A stretch of 46,924 nt of DNA, counting the filler, from Jimgerdemannia flammicorona (taxonomy: Eukaryota): the NCBI GenBank assembly GCA_003990765.1. It is 2 parts of 2 records of this genome, joined end to end, with 100 filler letters (N's around TTAATTAATTAA, not from the genome) between each part and the next. Parts side by side here need not be neighbours in the genome. Positions count along the whole stretch, not along the records: positions 23,514 to 46,924 come from RBNJ01001109.1; 1 more part is not named here. One strand, written 5' to 3'. The notes under the pieces are model-generated. The model searched no databases. It saw only the letters and a list, made by a program, of their open reading frames with translations, and was not told the DNA's origin. How positions within the stretch are numbered: the stretch's first letter is position 1; every line of letters starts with the position of its first letter. This document shows positions 34,917 to 46,924 of this stretch, in pieces. Made by a program: the position numbers and the translations under genes.

Positions 34917-36679
34917 AACTGGAAAAGTTTTCTAAAGACTTGACCATTTGACTCAAGAACTCAGTAGTTATCTATAGTAGAGAATTTAGGAGGAACTAGC
35001 CAATAGTAGTCTGCTTCAGAAAGAGAAGCACATACTATTGTTAGGACAGCCCTCACTCTATTTGGAATCAATAGTCAAGAAACTGACTCAGAAAAAAGAA
35101 GTGACCCAGACTACAGTTTAACCTCAAGAAAAAGAAGATGCCTCAGAGGACAACTTGAGCCTATACAGACCTAAGATCCAGAGTAAGAAGAAGATTTTCC
35201 TGAAGAATATCAGACTTTAATCTATAGAAGAGATTTAGACAGAAGTGACTATATTACTACTATCATCACTTAAGCCACACTACTAGATCAAGTATATTTT
35301 GAAATATCTGAAAGAGAAGAAGATTACTATTCTTATCTACTTAAGATATGAATTCAATCTTTATCGCTACTCAGACAGAAATATAAACTTTTGGCAAAAT
35401 GAACAGAACCTCACTATTTCATAACAGTAAGAGGTAGATGAACTAAACATTAGCTATATCAGTCCTATTCCAATTGCTAGAACCTCAGTACTCTGGTCCT
35501 TTATATCTCAATACTATTCTCAAGAGATAAGAAGCTCTAGCCCTCTCAATACCTTAGTATTTAGTGATCACTATTATCTAATTAGAGAACTACCATCATC
35601 AAAAACCTCTACCCCAGTTTTAATTAGAAGGGCCAGACTCTTTATACTCTCACCAAGACACTACCTTTTGCCAGTACCACTAGTTTATCAAGTACCTCCA
35701 CCATCTCTATCCTAAGTATTATTAAGAAACTCTACTCTAGAACTAGACTTAGATAGTAAAGATGAATCAGATATGAGCTATCTTCAGAAATTCCATAATA
35801 TAGATAGTTCTTGGAGAAATTGAAGTATAAGTAGCAACTAAGTAGTGAGATGTTCAGAGAAAACTCAGAATTATAGAATTACTCTTGAGATATCCTGCTC
35901 TATAGAAGTACAACCAAGTAAAGTAAATTGGAAGAGATATCAATAGAACAGAATAAGCTAATAATCTTCAAGCAAATAGAGACTATGTAGATAGATATAA
36001 TATCTATAAGATCTGGCTCTACACTTGGTTCAATGATTTCAAGTATTAATAGGAAGTACAAGAAGCTTTGATCTATATGAGCCAAGCTGCCAATGAAATC
36101 TCAAAAAGCTTCTATCATCAGATTCAAGCTCAGATAATTAAGGCAAACTTGCAACCTACAGTCTAATTAGCCCTAACCTCAATCATCTTTCTTAATAGAA
36201 TATTTCTAGAGCTTCAAAGATAAGTCATTAGGATGAGCTATTATAATATTGAGTAATAAGTTACTAGAGTATAATAATGCTGGAAAGTAGACTATAGAGT
36301 ATCTCAGTAGACACAAGAATATCAAGAACCAGCTCAAGTTGAAACCTCAAGAACTCATAAAATAACTCTAGAACAAAAGAATGCCTACTTGAGAGTTCAG
36401 TTGACCAGCTATGAGACCAGACCCCCACCCTCAATTCCAACTCAATAGAAGTAACAATAGTAATTTTCACCAAGAACTCAAGAAGACCCTATAAAAATAC
36501 TTACTAAACAAATAAACTAAGAAGGAAAATAGCAAGATTATCATCAAGAATATAGATCAGACTACTGGCAGTAAGATAATAAGAACTCTACTCAAACCAT
36601 CTTTCTCCAGTAACATTCAGATTACACAATCTTTTGGCAACACTTTCAACACAGTTTCTAGAGACAAGATACTAGTATC

Positions 36680-38730
36680 ATGGCAACCAACAAGCATCCT
36701 GAGGTACATACTGGGCAGGGTGGCCCTGGAGCATTCGAATAGCAGCAAGTGGGGAGAGGCCCTGGCTTGGGGGATAGTATGAGGGGCCTGCTAGCAGGAG
36801 GATGCAGTGGAGGAGGGGGCAGAGCTGGAGGTCAAGGGTCTGGCAGAGCAAGCTTTGCAGAGAAGGTGAAGGGGGGTCAGCAGGAAGCTAGACTGGAGAG
36901 CTGGCTAAGAGGGGGAAAGGTGCTAGTAAGGGCTACAAGTCAGCAACCTCATAGGGGTACCTCTCTGGAGGGCCATAGGGGTGGAGCTAGGGGGGTAGTG
37001 GCTGAGGCGGGGACTGCTAATGGGGTGTGATGGGCAATCTGGAAAAAAATCTAGATGGGACTGCTGATGGTGAGCTAAGCAGTGGGAAGGGCACAAGGCC
37101 CAGGGACCTGGCAGATGGTGTAATAGAACTGGCAGTGGCTCCATTACTCAAGAAGTCGATCTCAGAATTTGCAGTCATAATGTGTTTCTGAGGCTTGGCA
37201 GTGACGGCAAAAATGATTCTGGGGCTGATCATGAAGCAGATGAGTGGTGCAGTATCTGTTAAGTTCCTGAAGGGCCTAGAAGGGGTGGAGGTGGGATTTG
37301 AGGAGGCTGGGCCACTAGAGGAGGCTTTGAAGGCTGAGATGAAAGTGGGCAAGATGTGTATACTGATGGTGAGATGCCTGCGGTGAGATCCAAGAGTAGT
37401 GTAGCTTCTGGTAAAAAGAGTCCCTACTGTTACTACTGTAGAGACAAGGAAGAGAGTCATGGAGATCATAGCAGAGTATAGGGAGGTAGTTGATATTGGG
37501 TTCAGAGTGTGAGAAGGAATCTCTCTCTGGACAGAGGATGTTGATGTCAGGATTTGGTTGGCTGGGTGGGAGGCTACTGAGAAGGCTTAGGACTGGCCCT
37601 CAGTGATGGTGTGGGGGGCTATCTTGTGCAAGGTGATGAGAGTAAAGGGGAGTGAGGAGGAGGAGGAGGATTTGCTGGAAGCACTGAAGGAGTTGAGTAG
37701 AGTGGTGGAGAGGAGGGCGAAAGCATGAAAGGCATTCGAGGAGGCAACATATCTTAAGATGGTTGGAGGAAAGTGGGTCCGCATTAACAAGGAGGTGTGG
37801 GAGAGGTCCCAAGGGTATAGAAGGCAGAGGGAATTGTTGGCGAAAATGGGGGTAGAGGCAACAAGGAAGGCAAGTGATAGTACAACCACTGGAGGTGCTG
37901 AAGTGAGTGTCTGGGCTGCTAGTGGGGGAAAGAATGAGGAGGGGGGGCAGGTGGAGGCCATGAAGGTACCAAGCAAGAATCTATATGAGGATGGCATACT
38001 GGAGGTTTGGGAGGAAACCTGGGAGAATTTACCTTCACCCTCCCCTCTTATCAAAAGGGGTCCAGTGGCAAGAGACAGGGTGGTGGAGGATGTACCAATG
38101 CATGGTGCTCAGCAGGTATGCTTTGGAGTCCCAAATGTAGAGAAGGGGGGATTGGTAGAGGGGACTGGGGAAGAGGAATTGGTGGATGTCCCAGAGGAGG
38201 GATGGAATGAGTTGGCAAGTATAGGGACTGATACTATGATGTTGGATGGAGGGAGGCCAGTGACCCCAAGAGGGAAGGAGGTGGGTAACTTGCTCTGGGT
38301 ATGTTGGATAATGAACAACTTGGCAGCGGAAGAGCTGGGGGAAGTCGACCTCCAAGTGATGAGCGATGAGCATTGGGCAAGGATTCTGCAGGGTGATGGA
38401 GTGGTGGCAGCATTGAAGGCAGAAATTCTGGCAGTATACTTGGAGGAAGAGGGGTATGAGGTTGATAAGGAGAGGGAAGCTGCTCTGGCAGTTGTGGTAG
38501 GTGAGCAGACTGCCCACTGTTAGACTAAGTGGCATAGACTGCAGCTCTGGCAGGAGGCTTGTTTAGAGTATCAAGAGGAGTTTGAGGAAAAGGAGGATGG
38601 AGAGATGGCTGAAATCCTGGCTGAATTGGAGGCTAAGAGGACCGAGGAAGCAGAAGCTATTACTGAGTGCAACCTGGATAGGGCATAGGAGGAAGTGGAC
38701 ATAGAGCAGTAGAGGACACATCTGAAACTA
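36680..38730 (+). pseudogene. LINE ORF1 (Gly-rich N-terminus, SFAEKVK motif, acidic C-terminus)
   Basis: ATG at 36680 and fragments 36749-37030, 37195-37386 and 37759-38523. Homologous to about 26020-27930. The end is approximate. Confidence 0.75.
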
Positions 38731-38743
38731 TATAATTCTCCTT

Positions 38744-41700
38744 ATGAATAGTATAACTAATATTTTTTCTTTAAACATGAATGGGTTATGGAGCACTTAT
38801 TGATATAAGAACATTTTTACTTGGCTGAAGGGATTGGAGGCTGATCTTTTCCTCTTACAGGATGTCAGATGTGAGGATGACTTGGATAGACTGGAATAGA
38901 TGAAGAAGTGGGGAGGTGAGGTGGTTTGGAAGGGCAAGGTTGGAATTCTAGTATAGAAGGGCAGAGGGGAGATACAGGATGTGCAGAGCTGGGGGGATAG
39001 ATTGGTCTGGGGAGAATAGATATGCATAGGTTGGGGGCCAGTCATGGTGGGCTCTTGTTACTGTCCTGTGGTACAGGGCGAGCAGGTGAATTGGGTGGTG
39101 GGCCTACAGGAGAGTGGAATTCTTGTGGGGGTTGGGGTAGATGTGCTTGGCAGAGACTTCAATATGGTCTGAGACATATTGAGGGATAGAACTGATGGAG
39201 GATGAGGAGCTGTGGGTTGGAGTGGAGGACTGGCAGCATAGAAGGAAGTGGAAAGACTGAGTGCTCTGATGGATGCAGGTAGGGAATGTTGGGGGAATAG
39301 GAGGGTGTACACACACTGGGCTGGGGGCCTGGGGACAAGGATTGATTGGATTCTGACAGCCAGCTGCTGGGGCTTGGATGTTTGGAAGTCACTGGAGGTG
39401 GAATGGTGTTCATGGTCAGATTATTGGGGGCTTTTGGGGCAGGGACATTTTGGGGGAAGTGGGGATAGGCCTGGATATTGGTATCTCAATTCCTCCTTAC
39501 TAGATGATAAGATTCAGTGGGATAAATGGGCTGAAGTTGTTCAAATGCAGGTGGAGTACTGGAGGCAGGAGGGTGTCCCAGTTGATATTCAGTAGATGAG
39601 GATGAAAGAGATGGCCAGGGCCTTCTGAAGTAAGGCTGGTATGGAGGCAGAGAGACAGAGGAGGCAGTAGGTGCAGTGGGCATCTGGTAGACTATCTAGA
39701 CTCTTGGAGGACTGGGTGAGATTGGTGACATTGGAGGGAGAGGAGGACTGGTGATTGTTAAGGTTGCAAATGAAGGTGGCTGAACTCCAACAGGTGTTAC
39801 GGAATAAGGAAGAGGCAAGGGTCCAGGGTCTGGCAGCACAGCTTTGTTGGCAGGGGCTGGAGGAAGGAGAGCAGCCCTCAAAGTTCCTTACAAGAGCCCT
39901 TCAGGCAAGAAGGGTGCAGCAAAGGTAGGAAGGGGTGCTTAATGCTGATGGTTCATTGGTGCATGGGGTACAAGACATTCTTGAATCATTAAAGGAGCAT
40001 TGGAGTGGATTGTGGAGTGAGGAGGAGGGTGGGGCAGATACTGAGGACATTGATCAAGCATTGGAGGATTGGCACCCTACCTGAGCAGATAGATTGGGTG
40101 ACTTAGTACTGCCAGTGCTAGAGGAGAAAATCCACCAGATTCTTGCTGTGACAACCTTGGGTACAGCACCTGGGGAGGATGGTCTGCTCTGGAACTTCTG
40201 GAAAAAGATGGTGGGAGTCCCTGGAGTACTGAGAGAGATGATGGCACTGTGTGATTGGATTCTACAGACTGGGAGATGGGTGGGAGAACAGGATCTAGGG
40301 TTGGTGACATTGCTTTATAAGAACAAAGGAAGCTGAGAGGACTGGAAGAACTGGAGACCAATTATGCTACTGGATATAGACAGAAAGTTGATTACCAAAG
40401 TAGTGGTCACAAGATTGCAAAAGGTGGCCCAGCAAGTCTTGGGTGAGGAGCAGCAAGGCTTTGTTGGAGGCCAGCTCATCAGGGATGGCATGGCATGGGT
40501 GCATGGTATTATTGAAGGGGTATGAGCCAGTGGACTGGATGGGCATCTGGTCTTTTTGGACCAGAAGAAGGTCTATGACCAAGTGTGATGGGTCTGGCTG
40601 GTGAAAGTTTTGGATAGGATTGGGGTCTTGTGACAGTTTAGGACTGCTATGGTCAGCCTACTGGAAGGGAGTAGGGTGACACTCATGTGTAATGAACATA
40701 GAGGGGTAGCATTTCCCCTGGGTAGGGGGGTACTCCAGGGGGACTCACTGTCTCTCATTTTGTATGCTTTATCTCTGGAGCCCTTCATGGACAAGATCAG
40801 GCAGAAGATAATGAGGCTCTCTATCTTTGATATCGGGTGGAAAGTAGGGGCATTTGTGGATGACATGGTGGTTGGTCTGGGATCAGTTGCAGATGTTGAG
40901 AAGCTCAAGAAAACAGTGAAATAGTATGAGGCGAACTCTGGGGCTAGGCTTAATTAGTATAAGTGTGAAACAATGGTGTTAGACAATGGTCTGGTGGGAG
41001 GGGAGATTATTGGTACCATTGTCCCTGCTGGTGAGGCAGTATGGTACTTGGGTATTTATCTATCAGTATATAGGTCAGTTCTGCCCAGACTTTGGTGGGA
41101 GCAGTGGGTTGGCATCTGGGAGGAGGCTCTGTGAAGTTGGGGGGGCTGCCAACTGTCTCTGGCAGGACATGTTTCGATTTTGAATGTCTATTGGCTGCTG
41201 AAGTTATGGTATCTGGCTTATCATTTGGACTTCCCAGCTTGGGTAGTGAAGCAATTGATGAAGCTGGCCAAGGGGTAGATCTGGGCTGAAAGGTAGAGTC
41301 AGATCAACTGGGAGGTCTTGTTCTTATCAGTGGTGAGTGGGAGACTTGGGCTGATTGACTTTCCTAAGAGGCTGCACTGCTTGAGAGTATGGTGGCTGAA
41401 GAGAGCAGTAGAGTTGAGAGGGGGTGGTTGGGTTCCCCTACTACAAAAAGTCTGGGAGATGAGGTCCTCTCCAAGGGGTTCGACTGGTGATCTCCTAGCA
41501 CTGGTGGGCCTTCAGAACTCTGAACAATTGTGATATAAAGGCTTCTGGTGGAGAGTGGTGGAGGGGGTATGCTACATTGGAATTAGGTGGCAGAGAAATG
41601 AAGGGGAGGAGGCTTGGGACCCAGCAATATGGAGATGGGACCGAGTGTTACTAGGTGGCATTCTCTTAATTGAGTTTGATATTAGTGATGGGATTGAATG

Positions 41701-42400
41701 CCAATGGGGACCAGGCCAGGATCTGTGGCCTAGCAGTTAGCAGGGTGTAGAAATTAGTGAGAAGTGGGACTGGCATAGCATTTGGGACTGGAGTGCCAAG
41801 GTGAGGAGGTGGCTGCTGCTGAAGTACTGGGTGGTCTGGTGGCATATGCTGAGGTGAAATATCATGCTAAACTTCCACTCTGGTCATCTTATCGAGGGAG
41901 GCTGCTTTGACTGTGAAGAGTGTTATAATGTAGGGCAGGAAGGGGGATATATACAGATATCTGAACATTGGCTAGGAGAGTGTGAGGTACTTAGTACCTT
42001 TTGGCAGAACATTGGAGATTATCTGAGAGTCATGCATAGGGGAGCTGATGTGCAGAGGTGATGGGAGAATTTAAGGGACAGACTGGAGGGGGGGGTGGGG
42101 AAGGAATGGCTGATACTAGGTTGAGCTTTAGCCATTTGGGTGGGGCTGGCCAGTCACTGGTTATTTGTTTTTGAGGATGGGAGGAAACTTGGCTCTGAGG
42201 CCAGGCTGATGAGGTGGCATAGCCTTATGGAGGACATCTTGATGGGCTGATGGCTTGGTTGGGAGTTGAAGGGAGGTCGAAGGTATTGCTTGGTAGAACA
42301 AATCTGTAAGCAGAGTGGGGGGAGGGTTGGTATTGTGGGTGAGAAAGTGGTCTTTATTCATATAGGTAGATGGAGTAGTACCTCTATGGGGATTGGGTAG
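38744..42400 (+). pseudogene. LINE ORF2: APE endonuclease, reverse transcriptase, C-terminal Zn-binding domain
   Basis: SLNMNGL, LLQDV, RDFN, YTHW..TRIDWIL, SDY; TAPGEDGL, NWRPIMLLDID, QQGFVGG, FLDQKK, GVLQGDSLS, AFVDDM, YLG; CFDCEEC..EHWLGEC. Confidence 0.93.
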
Positions 42401-43129
42401 TGGGAGGGTAAACTGTACAATTATTAATAGATGGGTAATAAATGGTGGAGTCTAAGTGACTATAAAAAAAAAAAAAAAAAAGGAACTCTACTCAGACCTC
42501 ACTAGTTATAACTACAGGTTCACTAGTAATAAGTTTCTATATCTCAACTTACTTTAACTATAGAAACCAAGATCACATTTAGAGATTCTGTCTAAAGAAA
42601 CAGACTCTGTCCAATAATAGAAATAACAACCTTATTCAGATAGATGATGAGATTTGAGAAATAAAAGAAGAAGCTATCTAGCTTTATGGTTAGAATTATA
42701 TCTATCTATATTATGAAGTCTTTCTCTCTAAGATAACTTGGGATACAGTATCTGCTCAGATTAGAGGACAAGGAAGACCCCCAAGGACCCCACTTCTACC
42801 ACTATTACTAATAACCATATCTATAGGCAATATTCAAGACATGACCATTCTTCCTCAGATACATACCCCCTTAGAGAAGAACAAGAGAGTTAAAAGAGAT
42901 ACTTCTGAACTAGAAGTTGGCTCATCAAGAGTATCAAGAAGTACCTCTCTGAAGAAGAATAATATATAAGTATAGAATCTTCAGCTAATGAAATACTCAA
43001 TAGAAATAAGAGAATTCACTCTAAGAGACCTAGGTATCAAAGAAGTAGTAAACTCTATAAAGTAGTATCACTTTGAGAATATCTCTGCATCCAGAATACA
43101 GACCTTATATTCAAATAAGTCCTTAAGAA

Positions 43130-43453
43130 TAGTTCTTCCAAATGATTTGAATCAATTCAAATTGAATCAAATTGAGGATCATTCAAATTAAATTGAGGGT
43201 CTGATTTGAATCCTATTTTTCAAAATATAATAACTTAACAAATATATATCTAAATTTAATGATCTTTAGCTTTTTAGATTCCCCTATATAAGAGAAATCT
43301 AATAAGCTAAAGATAATCGAGGATATATATTTATCAAGTTATTATATTTTGAAAAATAGAGTTCAAATTGGACCTTAAATCAAATTAGTCTTTAATTTGA
43401 TTTGAATCAAATTGATTAGATCTTTAATTCAATTTAATTTATTGAGAGCACTA
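43130..43453. mobile_element. hAT-type MITE (324 bp) with an internal hairpin
   Basis: TIRs TAGTTCTTCCAA and TTGAGAGCACTA, with a perfect 8-bp TSD CTTAAGAA (43122-43129, 43454-43461). Confidence 0.93.
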
Positions 43454-43554
43454 CTTAAGAATATATCAGAAATTAGATAAAAATTCCTCAAAGAAGCCAA
43501 AGAAGATACTAAGAGAATCTTTATAATATATTTTATAGTTATATATATTGGTTT

Positions 43555-45142
43555 TAAACTATTTAAGCTAAATATCTTTGATAGTTACTAAGGAGAACTG
43601 TCTATTGATATCTGAACTTTCCAATTAGATCAATATTTCAAACTTATAAAAATGAATATAAATATCTAAGTATAATTTATTATTATACTTTTTTGAAGAA
43701 ATATAGTTATAATTATATCAGAATATCTCTACTTACTAAGAATCAAAAATTGAAAATAAAAGAACATTTAAGGAGATTCTTTATAAGTAGTTTAAGTCTA
43801 CTAATACTACTAAACTGGTTAGAGATAGACTAGTAATATCAAGTAACTTAAGTCTATATAAAGCTATAATATATAATTTCTATTAATTCTCATAGAACTA
43901 TCTGATATTATAAAAGATAAAAAGATAAACTACTTTATCTGAGACTTAAAAATGAATATATAAGTCAAGGTTGAACTAAAAGAACTAAGATCTCTTAAAG
44001 AAGCTATAAGAATGATTAAGTTTAATATTATTATCTATAGTTATTATCTTAAACTAAAATACTATAAAAAAAATTACTATGAGAACTATATTATAAAAAC
44101 TAGCCTAAAATATTAGGACTAGTTCTGATAGACTTGATTCTATAAATAAAAAGAATATCAAGCTTACTCCAAAAGAGAAAAAATATCTGAAAAAGTTAAA
44201 AGTATTTTTTTCTACTATTATATAGATAGAATATATTGTAATAAAATATTCTAAAAAGATAAGTAAATCAGCCAGACCAGTCATTATATTATCCAAAGAT
44301 ATATCCAATAATCTCACTAATAGTCAATCAGAACTTAAGATTGGAAAGCTATATTTGAAGATTTAAATTACTCAATATTAATCTAAAGAAGTCATTAGAC
44401 TTGATCTATACTCAGTCAAACAAGTTATCATTTCTATCAGAGAAAGAGTTCTAGTACTCATTAGAATTATTGTTTATACTCAGAAGACTATTATATAAGA
44501 ATTGTAGCTAGATTAAGACTTAGTATCAATTATTATTTAAATATTAGTATTGATATTATTGATTTAGACTACTACAGATAAGTTTAAGTCCTATTTATCA
44601 ATCAGAAGAATTAAGATTATACTGTCAAAAAAGAAGACTAAGTTATATAAATAATTCTAAAAGAAGTAAGTCAACTCAAGATTATAGAAGTTTAAGAACT
44701 ATATCTCTCTAACTAAGTAAAATTAGAAAGAATTTAGAAGTATAGCCCAAGCAGTAAGTTTATCTAAGAACTGAGCTCAAACCATACTCATATTCAAAGA
44801 TCTAGTTAAAGAAAGAGAAGTTTAAGTACTTATTAATAATAGAGTAGCTTGTAACTTCATCAACTAGAATTTTATTAAAAATCTCAAAATTCTTATTAAG
44901 TTTGTATCTAAGAATGATGAAGTAGTTACTACTGATAGCATACTATATTCTATTGAATCAATTACTACCAAACTATCTATTAAGATTCAGAAATACTAAG
45001 AATAAGTTAACTTAAGATTATATCTCTAGGAGATTATAATCTGATTTTAGAAAAACTCTAACTTATAAAACACAATTTAAATATTGATTGATATAAGAAT
45101 AAAGTTATCCTACTATAAGATAGAGTTAATACATATCACTAT
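43555..45142 (+). mobile_element. Extremely AT-shifted copy C (divergent subfamily) of the dUTPase Gypsy: gag, dUTPase, protease
   Basis: Collinear with about 11480-13050: KLTPKEKKYLKK, GLDL, RIVARLRLS and IIDLDYY dUTPase relics, ILIFKDLVK and VLINNRVACNFIN protease relics. Confidence 0.8.
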
Positions 45143-45590
45143 TAGTACTCCTAATGAGTCAATTTAATCTGGATTGGATTCAGATTGATTTGAATTAAAT
45201 TCCATTCAGATCAACTTAGATGAGATTTGAATCTCATCTAGATTGACCATTGTTTTAATTTTCAAATTAGACAATTACATGTTTACATCAATAACTTAAT
45301 AATCATCCAAATTTGATGATATTGATGTCATTTGAATGCTCTTAATAGGACCTTTCTAATGATACCAAGATCATTGAAATTGAATTATGCATTACTGAGT
45401 TATCAAGAAAAATATCTGACTTACTGATTTCAAAAATTATTCAACTTGCTGATTTTGGAAATTATACCAAAAGAATGTTTTTCTTAATATCTTGGTAATA
45501 TATAATCCGATTTTATTATTCTTAGTATTATTAGAAAGGCCTTATTAAGGGTACTTTTCTCTGATATAATTTGTATTATATAAAACTTTA
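45143..45590. mobile_element. Left part of an hAT-like element with two hairpin modules
   Basis: TAGTACTCC TIR, (GATT/AATT)n repeats, and imperfect inverted repeats at about 45290-45403 and 45485-45590. No right TIR was seen. Confidence 0.65.
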
Positions 45591-45591
45591 G

Positions 45592-46065
45592 GAAATACTT
45601 TTCAATACAACTCAGAGAAAAGGTACTAGTAAAATATCATTGAGTAAGAGTTCCAACAGATGTGCTGGATCAGATAAATCTGAAGCATTTGACTGGTAAC
45701 ATGTAGGGAGGGGTTATGGCCTGGAGATGGGGTTTTTTTTAGAGATATGAAGATAGAAGAGGGCTCTGGAGAGCAATCAGTATTTAGTGGAAATGGGGAA
45801 AAATCTGGGCCCCCAAGTTTCACTGACAAAGTAAAGGAGAGTAGATAGCCAGCAGATACTTAAGCTGGTGGAGCTGAGGGAAAAGACAAGGCTAGCTTGG
45901 AGAGGGCAGAAGGCTCTTTGCTGAGAGAAGTGAGTATAAGGGCTAGAGGAGCTATGGTTGGGGGTAGTGGAGTGACTGCTGATGAGAGTATAATGGGGGA
46001 TCAAGAAAAAAAAAGAGATGTGATAGTTGATACAGAAGGACAGAAAGAAGTAAGGGGGTCTGGGG
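45592..46065 (+). mobile_element. LINE 5' UTR and ORF1 start (older copy)
   Basis: AATACTTTTCAATACA..TACTAGTA resembles 36638-36678, and SFTDKVKE resembles SFAEKVK. Boundaries are approximate. Confidence 0.6.
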
Positions 46066-46924
46066 GGAGAGGGCTTGGGGCCTGGCGATGTGGAGATGGG
46101 AGGGCATTCTACTGAGTGGTGTACCTTTACCTAAGTTCAACATTGGTAATGGAGTAGAATACCAAAGGGGACCAGGCCAGGATCTGTGGCCTAGTGGTTG
46201 GCAAGGAGTTGGAATTGGAGAGGAGTGGGACTGGCATGGGGTTTGGACCTGGAGCACCACAGTGAAAAAATGGATGCTACTGAAGTACTGGGTAGTCTGG
46301 TGGTACATGCTGAGGAGGAATGTGATGCTTAACTTCTGCTCAGGATACCTTGTCATAGGGGGCTGCTTCGACTGTGAGGAGTGCTATAATGTAGAGCAGG
46401 AAGGGGAATTTGTATAGATGCCAGAACATTGGCTAGGGGAGTGTGAGATATTGGGAGACTTTTGGTGGGCCATTGGGGACTGCTTGGGGGTGAGGCATAG
46501 GGGAGATGATGTAAGGGGGAGGTGGGAGGACCTGAGGGATCGATTGGTAGGAGGGGTAGGGGTGGAGTGGACTACTTTAGGCTGGGCATTGGCTATTTGG
46601 GTTAGGCTGGCCAGTTACTGGCTATTTGTATTTGAGGAAGAGAGGCGACAGAGCTTGGGGAGCCAGTTATCACAGTGGCAGTGCCTTATGGAGGACACCT
46701 TGATAGGCTGGTGGCTTGGTTGGGGGCTACAGGGGGATTGGAGGTGCCGCTTGGTAGTGAAAATCTGTGGTCAGAGTGGTGGGAGAGTTGGAGTCGTTGG
46801 TGAGAGGGTGGTCTTTATACTTAAAGAGATGGGGAGGGGCCCCCCTATGGGGATTGGATAGTGGGTGGTGATATTGTATACTTATTCATAGACTGGTAAT
46901 AAAGACAGAGTCTAAGTGACTATA
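46066..46924 (+). mobile_element. LINE 3' end (ORF2 Zn-finger region and 3' UTR); the least mutated copy
   Basis: CFDCEECY..MPEHWLGECE, stop at 46861, AATAAA, and GTCTAAGTGACTATA at the window edge. Confidence 0.92.

Larger units (their letters stand above)
36599..42480 (+). mobile_element. Full-length degenerate L1/Tx1-like LINE (copy 2)
   Basis: 18-bp TSD A(A/G)GAACTCTACTCA(A/G)ACC (36581-36598, 42481-42498), AATAAA at 42437, poly(A) at 42464-42480, and two ORFs. Confidence 0.96.
25696..43550 (+). mobile_element. Old LTR retrotransposon (roughly 2.2-kb ORF-bearing 5' LTR, PBS, gag) fragmented by two LINEs, a retroposon and a MITE
   Basis: Pieces 25696-25931, 31685-32688, 33982-36598, 42499-43129 and 43462-43550 are joined by TSDs. 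TGT start, PBS at 34908, gag-like relic at about 35760-36280, and a knuckle-like relic at about 42500-42545. The right end is uncertain. Confidence 0.6.

Noticed and set aside
26302..42361. Numerous Pro/Ser/Leu/His-rich minus-strand ORFs
   Set aside because: They are shadow frames of the G-rich LINE sense strand.

Overview
Eukaryotic, almost certainly fungal DNA (Crinkler-type and UPF0658 gene relics, fungal-type 28S fragment; an early-diverging lineage such as Mucoromycota is my inference). The window is a nested transposon graveyard with heavy C>T/G>A (RIP-like) decay. A 100-bp artificial scaffold gap (23414-23513) splits it into two parts that may not be truly adjacent. Contents: (i) a small CpG-retaining island of host pseudogenes at about 3.3-7.7 kb; (ii) three copies, one full-length with both LTRs and a 5-bp TSD, of a chromodomain Ty3/Gypsy retrotransposon carrying a dUTPase between Gag and protease; (iii) three copies of a conserved unknown ORF that appears to lie inside a roughly 2-kb LTR of another retrotransposon family; (iv) five pieces of an L1/Tx1-like LINE, two of them full-length; (v) two full-length copies of a 1.2-kb non-autonomous poly(A) retroposon, one inserted beside the R2 site of a dispersed 28S rDNA pseudogene; (vi) a TAGT(G/A)CT-ended hAT/MITE family with 8-bp TSDs, some copies carrying a roughly 165-bp hairpin cassette. 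I found no intact host gene. All alignments and counts were made by eye, so coordinates described as approximate may be off by tens of bases.
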